DNA of 56,919 nt, taken from assembly GCA_003556605.1 (NCBI GenBank), contig PWQX01000264.1:1-56919 (forward strand), given 5' to 3'. The notes below the pieces were generated by a model, which was not told where the DNA came from, did no database searches, and worked only from the letters and a program-made list of their open reading frames with translations. Each line of letters opens with the position of its first letter. Within the stretch, counting starts at the first letter, position 1. The position numbers and the translations under genes were made by a program. Origin of the DNA: Spirochaetaceae bacterium. GTDB taxonomy: Bacteria; Spirochaetota; Spirochaetia; DSM-27196; SLAA01. Shown piece by piece: positions 50,362 to 56,919 of this stretch.

Positions 50362-52944
50362 TTACGCGTTTTCGGGGACGAACTCAAGGCCTTCAGCCGC
50401 GCGCGAGACCACAATCGTACCGCCTTCGGCGAATCGTCCGGCCAACAGCTCCTTGGCCAAGGGGTTCTGCAAGTGCGTTTGAATAGCGCGCTTCAGCGGC
50501 CTCGCGCCGTAGGCCGGGTCAAAGCCCACATCAGCGAGGTACTGCTTGGCATCCGGCCTGAGCTCAATCGTGAGTTTCTTCTCGGCAAGCCTCTGCGCCA
50601 CACGCCGCACCTCAATATCAACAATCCTGAGGATCTCGTCCTTGCCGAGGCGGTGGAACGTAATGATCTCGTCGAGCCGATTCAGAAACTCAGGCTTGAA
50701 GGTTGCGTGCAGCATCTGGTCGATCTGTATCCGGATTTCACTGAGATCGGCAGCCTGCAGAATCAAGTCGCTGCCGAGGTTGCTTGTCAGAATAATAATG
50801 GTGTTCCGAAAGTCCACCACCCGCCCCTGGCCGTCTGTCAGCCGGCCTTCGTCCAACAACTGCAGCAAGATGTTGAAGACATCCGGGTGCGCCTTCTCCG
50901 TCTCGTCGAACAGAATCACCGAGTACGGACGCCGGCGAACCACCTCGGTGAGCTGCCCGCCCTGATCGTAGCCCACGTATCCTGGGGGCGCGCCGATCAA
51001 TCGCGAGACGCTGTGCTTCTCCATGTACTCGCTCATATCGATGCGCGTAAGCGCTTTCTCGTCGTCGAACAAGAACTCGGCCAGCGTCTTGGCGGTTTCG
51101 GTTTTTCCCACGCCGGTTGGCCCGATAAACAAGAAGGTGCCGGTTGGGCGATTGATATCAGAGATCCCGCTCTTGTTGCGCCGTATCGCGTCCGACACCG
51201 CCTGTATTGCCCGCTCTTGCCCAATAACGCGGCGACCGAGAATGTTCTCGAGGTCAAGGAGCTTCTCCAGCTCCGAGGCCATCATTTTGGCAACCGGGAT
51301 TCCGGTCCACGAAGAGACTACCTCGGCTATGTCCTCTTCAGACACCTCCTCGCGCAGAAGCGCCTGCTCACCCTGCATTTCTTCGATTTCTTTGCTCTTC
51401 TGTTCTAGCTCACGCCTGGTTTCCGGAATCAGCCCGTGCTTAATCTCGGAGGCACGCTCCAGGTTGCCTTGGCGCTCCATCTGTGCTTCTTCACGGCTGT
51501 AATTCTCGAGGCGTTGTTTGAGCTCACGAATTTCGTCGATGACCTTCTTTTCGTTCTGCCACTGCAGTTTCATCGCCTTATGGCGCTGCTGCAGTTCATC
51601 GAGTTCGCGGTTGAGGCTCTCAAGCCGGTCGTGCGAGGCTTGATCGGTCTCCTTCGAAAGCGCCTGCTTTTCCATGTTCAACTGCAGAATGCGCCGGTCG
51701 AGTTGATCGAGCTCGGTTGGTTGACTCTCAATCTCCATCTTGAGTCTGCTCGCAGCCTCGTCAACAAGGTCTATCGCTTTGTCGGGCAAAAAGCGCGAAG
51801 TGATATAACGATCAGAGAGTGTTGCCGCTGCAATCAACGCTTCATCGCGAATACGTACCCCGTGATGAACCTCGTAGCGTTCCTGCAGACCGCGCAGAAT
51901 CGCGACGGTACTATCTACCGACGGCTCACCGGTGAACACGGTTTGAAAGCGGCGCTCAAACGCCGCGTCCACCTCAATATGCTTGCGGTACTCATCGAGT
52001 GTAGAGGCGCCGATGGTACGCAACTCGCCCCGGGCAAGCGCCGGCTTCAGTAGGTTGGACGCGTCAACCGCCCCCTCGGCCGCGCCGGCCCCTACCACGG
52101 TATGCAGCTCGTCGATGAACAGAATGATCTGCCCGTTGGACTCGGTAATCTCCTTAATCACCGCCTTGAGGCGCTCCTCAAACTCGCCGCGGAACTTGGT
52201 TCCGGCGACGAGCGAGCCCAGATCCAACTGCAGCAGACGTTTATCCTTCAACGACTCCGGGACGTCGCCTTCTACAATACGCCGCGCGAGCCCTTCGGCG
52301 ATCGCGGTCTTGCCAACCCCTGGGTCACCAATCAGCACCGGGTTATTCTTAGTCCGGCGTGAGAGCACCTGCATCACGCGCCGAATTTCTTCATCGCGAC
52401 CGATTACGGGGTCCAGCCTCTCACGCCGCGCGAGTCCGGTGAGGTCGATGCAGTACTTCTCCAGCGCCTGATAGCGGTTCTCCGGATTTTGATCAGTTAC
52501 CCGTTGATTGCCCCGGATACTCTTAAGCGCCGCGAGGATGCCGTCGCGCGTGATACCCTTGTGCGCCAGCAGCTCAGCGACCGCACCCTCTTCTTCAAGG
52601 GTTGAGAGCAGTATGTGTTCGGTGCTGACGTACTCGTCGTGCAACTGCGATGCTTGCTGTTGGGCCTTCGACAGGATGCGCCCGAGTTTACCCGACATCT
52701 GCATCTGTGCAGTGTCGCCGTACACTTTCGGTTTGTTCCTGAGCACCCCGCGCAGCTCACCCTCAAGCTCGGCCGGCGAAACCCCCAGTCGCTGCAGTAA
52801 CGGAGGAATCACTCCGTCGGTTTGCTGCAGCATCGCAACGAGTAGGTGCTCGATCTCAAGGTTCGCATGATCGTACTGGTGTGCCACCGAGGTGGCGCTT
52901 TGGAGCGCTTCCTGCGCCTTCACCGTCATACGTCCGTAATCCAT
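50362..52944 (-). CDS. clpB: ATP-dependent disaggregase ClpB
   Basis: Two AAA+ modules ([16 protein letters not shown]), coiled-coil M domain, GARPLKR. Confidence 0.98.
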   Translation of the reverse strand: MDYGRMTVKAQEALQSATSVAHQYDHANLEIEHLLVAMLQQTDGVIPPLLQRLGVSPAELEGELRGVLRNKPKVYGDTAQMQMSGKLGRILSKAQQQASQLHDEYVSTEHILLSTLEEEGAVAELLAHKGITRDGILAALKSIRGNQRVTDQNPENRYQALEKYCIDLTGLARRERLDPVIGRDEEIRRVMQVLSRRTKNNPVLIGDPGVGKTAIAEGLARRIVEGDVPESLKDKRLLQLDLGSLVAGTKFRGEFEERLKAVIKEITESNGQIILFIDELHTVVGAGAAEGAVDASNLLKPALARGELRTIGASTLDEYRKHIEVDAAFERRFQTVFTGEPSVDSTVAILRGLQERYEVHHGVRIRDEALIAAATLSDRYITSRFLPDKAIDLVDEAASRLKMEIESQPTELDQLDRRILQLNMEKQALSKETDQASHDRLESLNRELDELQQRHKAMKLQWQNEKKVIDEIRELKQRLENYSREEAQMERQGNLERASEIKHGLIPETRRELEQKSKEIEEMQGEQALLREEVSEEDIAEVVSSWTGIPVAKMMASELEKLLDLENILGRRVIGQERAIQAVSDAIRRNKSGISDINRPTGTFLFIGPTGVGKTETAKTLAEFLFDDEKALTRIDMSEYMEKHSVSRLIGAPPGYVGYDQGGQLTEVVRRRPYSVILFDETEKAHPDVFNILLQLLDEGRLTDGQGRVVDFRNTIIILTSNLGSDLILQAADLSEIRIQIDQMLHATFKPEFLNRLDEIITFHRLGKDEILRIVDIEVRRVAQRLAEKKLTIELRPDAKQYLADVGFDPAYGARPLKRAIQTHLQNPLAKELLAGRFAEGGTIVVSRAAEGLEFVPENA

Positions 52945-53016
52945 ACAGTTCTCCCGAGGAGGTCCCGATAGACCTCGTGGTTGTTCACGTTAGCCTTGTT
53001 TGCGTAAGTGCTTGTG

Positions 53017-53048
53017 TATAATATAGTGCTGAAACACTATATCACCAA
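53017..53048 (-). promoter_or_regulatory. Probable clpB promoter overlapped by an inverted repeat
   Basis: Minus-strand TTGGTG-17-TATATT; ATATAGTG-N6-CACTATAT at 53021-53042. Confidence 0.5.
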
Positions 53049-53139
53049 GTTTTCTCACACCATGCTATACTGCGCAAAACGCGGCGGCTCTTGAATTCGG
53101 CTACTGTTTATCCGTAGTATTCGCAGAGGGAGAAAACGC

Positions 53140-53394
53140 ATGCACGAGCAACCCCCGCAGTTGCGAAACAAAGTGATTGTCCTCAACGGTTTCAGCAACG
53201 ACGAGATCGCCCGCATCATGGCCGCTGTTAAGCCGTTGTTTGAACAGCCGCGCGACCTCATTTTCGCCAAGACAACCGAACACTCGCTGGAAATGAAGCT
53301 CAAAGATCTCATCGTTGATATCTCCGAGGATCACGAGTATCTGAAGAGAAATCCGCCGAACCTGAAGTCGGTTAACACAGAGGGCACGGCGTGA
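53140..53394 (+). CDS. DUF3783-like small protein
   Basis: VIVLNGFS..EI..IM, IFAKTT.HSLEMKLKDLI.D..EDHEY. Confidence 0.75.
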   Translation: MHEQPPQLRNKVIVLNGFSNDEIARIMAAVKPLFEQPRDLIFAKTTEHSLEMKLKDLIVDISEDHEYLKRNPPNLKSVNTEGTA

Positions 53395-54476
53395 CCCGCC
53401 GCGAAAACGCGCTGCAGCCCAGAGCCGCCTTAGAGCAGATCGGCCGGTACCATCCCGGCAGGAAGACCCCGGGCAAGATAAAGCTCTCTTCCAACGAGAA
53501 CCCGCTGGGCAGCTCCCCGGTCGCGCTCAAGGCGATACAGAACGCATTGGGTGGATTAGCGCGATACCCGAACGGCAGCGCTCCGCAGCTCCGCTCCGCG
53601 CTCGCCGATCGTTTCGGTGTTTCCTGCGATGAAGTCCTGGTGGGCAACGGCTCCGACGAGCTCATGATGCTCGCGGCGGGGGCCTATGTCGACCCCGGAA
53701 CCAACGCCGTGATCGGCGAACACACCTTCTCGCAGTACGAGTTTGTTACGCGTCTGTTCGGCGGCGAGGTTCGTGTGGCGGCTATGCCGGACGGCTGCTT
53801 CAACCTGGAAGCCATGCGGCAACGGGTCGACGGCCATACGCGTCTGCTGTTTCTGTGCAACCCGAACAACCCAACCGGACGCTATATTCCCGAGCGCGAT
53901 CTAACCGAGTTTCTTGAACGCCTCCCGAAGCACGTTTTAGTGGTGCTCGACGAAGCTTACAGCGAGTACGCCGAAGCGCCCGACTTCCCGCAAGGCGTGA
54001 GCCTGTTGCGCCGCTTCGCCAACCTTGTCGTCTTGCGCACCTACTCGAAGATTTACGGGCTCGCCGGTCTGCGCGTCGGCTACGGCTTTGCTCACCCGGA
54101 GGTTATCGAGACGCTCGCACGCGTGAAACAGCCGTTCACCGTCGGCAACCTCGGGCAAGCCGGCGCACTTGCCGCGCTCGAGGATAATGATTTCATCAAG
54201 CGATCGCTTGAAACCAACAGCGCCGGGAAGCGCTATATGTACGCCGAGCTGCAGCGCCTCCGGCTTTCCTTTTATCCTACGGAAGCAAACTTCCTGTGTA
54301 TTCAACTCACCGCCTCAGCCGAGATCGCGTTTGAGGTGCTGCAGTATCACGGCGTTACGGTACGGGCGCTCGGCTCGTTCGGGCTTCCGCACGCGCTGCG
54401 AATTACCGTCGGGACTGCGGAACAGAATCAGATGGTGGTTGCCGGCCTCGAGGACCTGCAACGCCGCATGGAGTAA
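53391..54476 (+). CDS. hisC: Histidinol-phosphate aminotransferase
   Basis: KLSSNENP, GNGSDE, CNPNNPTG, DEAY, RTYSKIYGLAGLRVGY. Confidence 0.95.
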   Translation: MTRRENALQPRAALEQIGRYHPGRKTPGKIKLSSNENPLGSSPVALKAIQNALGGLARYPNGSAPQLRSALADRFGVSCDEVLVGNGSDELMMLAAGAYVDPGTNAVIGEHTFSQYEFVTRLFGGEVRVAAMPDGCFNLEAMRQRVDGHTRLLFLCNPNNPTGRYIPERDLTEFLERLPKHVLVVLDEAYSEYAEAPDFPQGVSLLRRFANLVVLRTYSKIYGLAGLRVGYGFAHPEVIETLARVKQPFTVGNLGQAGALAALEDNDFIKRSLETNSAGKRYMYAELQRLRLSFYPTEANFLCIQLTASAEIAFEVLQYHGVTVRALGSFGLPHALRITVGTAEQNQMVVAGLEDLQRRME

Positions 54477-54481
54477 CTGCG

Positions 54482-55180
54482 ATGATGCTCGTCGCGCCGG
54501 CCAATTTGGTGCTCGCATACGCGCCCCCGCTGGCGCTGCTGCTCGTCTTCCGCCGGGCGGCGGCCCTTGCGGACAGCGACCCGCGCATCGTGACTCACGG
54601 GTTTCTCGCCGGCATCCCGGCGATCCTGCCGGCCGTCGCGGTGCTGGCCGCCGTGCTTGCGCTGGGCGCCGGGGTACCGCTTGGTCTGCCGGCCGCGCCC
54701 GTGCGAGTGCTACGCAGCTTCGGTCTTTCTGCCGGTGTTGAAGAGCTCAGTAAGTTGGCTGCTCTTGCGCTGGTGGTGCGCAGCCACCGATCGCGGCTCA
54801 CCGGGCGGGTGGTGGTTCTGGCGGGTGCCGCCGCCGGCGCCGGGTTCGCGTTCGTTGAAAACAGCTTGTACCTGATCGACCTACCGCGCGTCTTACTGCT
54901 GCGCCTGCTGACCGCGGGAGTGCTGCATGTATCTACTACCGCAATCTGCGGGTACGGAATCGCCATGGTCGCATATCGCTACGGGCGCATGCTGCCGTGG
55001 ATACTCTGTGCGATTGTTCTGCACGGCAGCTACAATCTGCTGATCGATCTCGGGGGCCTGGCCTCTATCTGGGCGCCGATTGTACCGGTGCTCGCCGCAC
55101 TTCTCGCGTGGTCGCGCTACAATCATGCCGAGCAGTTTCGCCTCCCCGGCCGCCGCACCCGCGCTTACCCCGACAGCTGA
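54482..55180 (+). CDS. PrsW-family intramembrane metalloprotease
   Basis: VEELSK, GFAFVEN, LH, LHGSYN. Confidence 0.85.
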   Translation: MMLVAPANLVLAYAPPLALLLVFRRAAALADSDPRIVTHGFLAGIPAILPAVAVLAAVLALGAGVPLGLPAAPVRVLRSFGLSAGVEELSKLAALALVVRSHRSRLTGRVVVLAGAAAGAGFAFVENSLYLIDLPRVLLLRLLTAGVLHVSTTAICGYGIAMVAYRYGRMLPWILCAIVLHGSYNLLIDLGGLASIWAPIVPVLAALLAWSRYNHAEQFRLPGRRTRAYPDS

Positions 55181-55276
55181 GCGCAGCAACACTGCATACC
55201 GCATGAACGCATTGGAACGGCGCACCACAGTCCGCGCAGCGCTTATCGCCGGATGGTGCCCCCTCCCCCTGCCACG

Positions 55277-56383
55277 TCAACCCAGTTCTCGAAGCTCGTA
55301 TTCCAGACTAACGCCGAACTGGCTGCGAGCATGATCAAACCCCGCAGCCGCCATAGGGTTATCCCAGACCTCCTCAAACACGTCTCGCTCTCCGACAATC
55401 TTTGCGTGATATCGACTAGAGACCTGTGCGCGCGCTGTGTTGATCAGGTCTATCGTGGCGCGGTCAAGGGCAAACGGATTAGAACCTGCGAGTATGCCCA
55501 CGTCTTCCACTACCGGTACATCGTTGGCAGGCCAGCAGTCGCAATCGGGGGTTATGTTCATCGCGAAATTGATGTAGAGCGCGTTCGAGCCGAAATAGTT
55601 GTACGCCGAGTACGCGTACTCGGCGACCTTCTCAATGAAGTCTTCTGTGTCGGCAGATGAGCCGGGGGTAATCGCCTCATAGTTACACGCTGCAACACAC
55701 TGCCCGCAGCCGATGCAGACATCGTAATCAATTAGCGCTTTGCCCTTGACCATTGAGACCGCCCCTACCGGGCATACACGGTAGCACTGCCTGCACCCAA
55801 CGCAGTGCACTTCTTTCATTACCGGTTTCGCTGCCGCATGCTGTTCCATCTTGCCCGCAACAGAGGCACAACCCATCGAGAGGTTCTTCAGGCTTCCGCC
55901 GAAGCCGGTCTCGATATGCCCTTTGAAGTGCGTAAGAAAGATGATCCTCTCGGCCTCCAGCACCCCGCTGGCAAGCTTCGTCTTCTGAAAGTGCTTACCG
56001 GACACGCCGACCTCACGGTGGCCAAGCCCCCGGATACCGTCGGCCGGAACAAACGGAGCGCCCACCGTCGCGTAGGAGTAGCCATGTTGGATGGCGGTTA
56101 TGCAGTGGTCGACGCCGTTGTGCCGCCCGCCGGAGTACAGCGTGTTCGTATCGGTAAGAAACGGCTTCGCACCCCGCGCTTTAACCTCCTCGGCGGCGAT
56201 ACGCGCGAAGTTGGGGTTCACATACCCGAGATTGCCGCGCTCACCGACATGTACCTTCAAGGCCACGAGCTGCCCCTGAGTGATCCCGTCGAAATAGGCG
56301 CTCTTTTTCAGTAGCTTCCTGAACTTCTGTTCCAGTGAGTTCCCGAACTCGGTTTGCATGTTGGTGAAGTAAATTGTTTCCAT
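55277..56383 (-). CDS. DUF362 domain protein with two 4Fe-4S ferredoxin motifs
   Basis: KVHVGE.GN, TDTNTLY.G.R, HFKGH, CVGCRQCYRVCP, CIGCGQCVAAC, PDCDC. Confidence 0.9.
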   Translation of the reverse strand: METIYFTNMQTEFGNSLEQKFRKLLKKSAYFDGITQGQLVALKVHVGERGNLGYVNPNFARIAAEEVKARGAKPFLTDTNTLYSGGRHNGVDHCITAIQHGYSYATVGAPFVPADGIRGLGHREVGVSGKHFQKTKLASGVLEAERIIFLTHFKGHIETGFGGSLKNLSMGCASVAGKMEQHAAAKPVMKEVHCVGCRQCYRVCPVGAVSMVKGKALIDYDVCIGCGQCVAACNYEAITPGSSADTEDFIEKVAEYAYSAYNYFGSNALYINFAMNITPDCDCWPANDVPVVEDVGILAGSNPFALDRATIDLINTARAQVSSRYHAKIVGERDVFEEVWDNPMAAAGFDHARSQFGVSLEYELRELG

Positions 56384-56617
56384 TGCCGCAAGGATAACGA
56401 ATGCTGCACTCGGTTAACAGCCTTTACCGCCCACAGCTTGCACATTCTCACGCCGGCGACACAGGCCTCACCGGAAATCAATGTACCCCTATAGAGCTCC
56501 CCAGCTGCGAGTGGGGCATCAACGCTTGACGGATACCCACCAGTCGAATAGGCCCGCACCGGATAGCTTCCCCCTACCGGATAAGCCCCCCGGCGCTTTG
56601 AGACTTGCCGGATCCCC

Positions 56618-56646
56618 TTGACGCTCCTGCAGCGATTGTGTAATTT
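56618..56646 (+). promoter_or_regulatory. Sigma70 promoter of tRNA-Met
   Basis: TTGACG (56618-56623), 17 nt, TAATTT (56641-56646) with extended TG. Confidence 0.75.
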
Positions 56647-56658
56647 AAGATCACACAG

Positions 56659-56731
56659 CGCAGGGTAGAGCAGTTGGCAGCTCGTCGGGCTCATAACCCG
56701 GAGGTCGCAGGTTCGAGTCCTGCCCCTGCTA
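56659..56731 (+). tRNA. Initiator tRNA-fMet(CAT), no encoded CCA
   Basis: C1 unpaired with position 72, GGG/CCC anticodon stem, CTCATAA loop, GGTTCGAGTCC T-arm. Confidence 0.95.
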
Positions 56732-56736
56732 AACAG

Positions 56737-56775
56737 AAAGCTGCATCGCCGGAAACGGTGGTGCGGCTTTTTTTT
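56737..56775 (+). terminator. Intrinsic terminator after tRNA-fMet
   Basis: AAAGCTGCATCGCCG-GAAA-CGGTGGTGCGGCTTT hairpin running into a T8 tract. Confidence 0.9.
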
Positions 56776-56776
56776 G

Positions 56777-56919
56777 GTGCGCCCGGCAGGGCGCACCTAC
56801 TTGGAGGTGAAAGTCCTCTACGGGCCCGACAGGGGGAACCGTTAGCCGAACGCCAAGGGTGTCCGTCGTGAGGCGGAATCTGAAGGAAGGCGAAGGCAAA
56901 GCGCTGGCCCGACGAACAG
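56777..56919 (+). mobile_element. 5' end (domain I) of a group IIC intron, truncated by the window edge
   Basis: Starts GTGCGCCCGGCA; contains GGTGAAAGTCC, GTTAGCC.AACG, CAAGGGTGTCCGT.G and GGAATCTGAAGGAAG...GGCAAA, the motif order of class C introns; sits 1 nt after a terminator U-tract. Confidence 0.9.

Noticed and set aside
50329-52471. Long plus-strand ORFs opposite clpB
   Set aside because: Typical antisense frames of a high-GC conserved gene
53021-53042. NrdR-box-like half sites (CACTATAT)
   Set aside because: Halves are in the wrong orientation and spacing for an NrdR box, and there are no nrd genes nearby
56530-56592. Short repeated ACCGGATA motifs upstream of the tRNA-Met promoter
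   Set aside because: Two to three short imperfect copies with no regular spacers; not a CRISPR array

Overview
GC-rich bacterial chromosome segment, almost certainly from a free-living spirochaete. The inference rests on the rpsB-tsf-frr-uppS-cdsA-rseP-WD40 block without pyrH, a UPF0164/FadL-like barrel gene beside a large TPR-like gene and a BNR-repeat gene, and a BMP-type ABC transporter. It is mostly housekeeping: translation genes, rpsF-ssb-rpsR-DUF2232-rplI-dnaB-comFB, pyk, argH, clpB, hisC, tRNA-Arg(CCG) and initiator tRNA-Met. The most striking item is a ~1,280-aa glutamine-synthetase adenylyltransferase (GlnE) with two GlnD-type ACT domains at its N-terminus. Its two nucleotidyltransferase halves appear to be in the reverse of the canonical order, and it lies directly behind a NifA-like GAF-AAA+-HTH activator and pyk. 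This is a candidate self-contained nitrogen-sensing switch. Two accessory patches (11.4-13.6 kb and 32.0-34.5 kb) are decaying through deletions at short homologies and small tandem duplications, one of which created a dehydrogenase-kinase chimera. Several genes look leaderless, dxr is missing from its usual slot, and the window ends in the 5' part of a group IIC intron inserted right after the tRNA-Met terminator. No CRISPR array, integrase or transposase was seen. All family assignments come from motif recognition by eye; no database searches were run.
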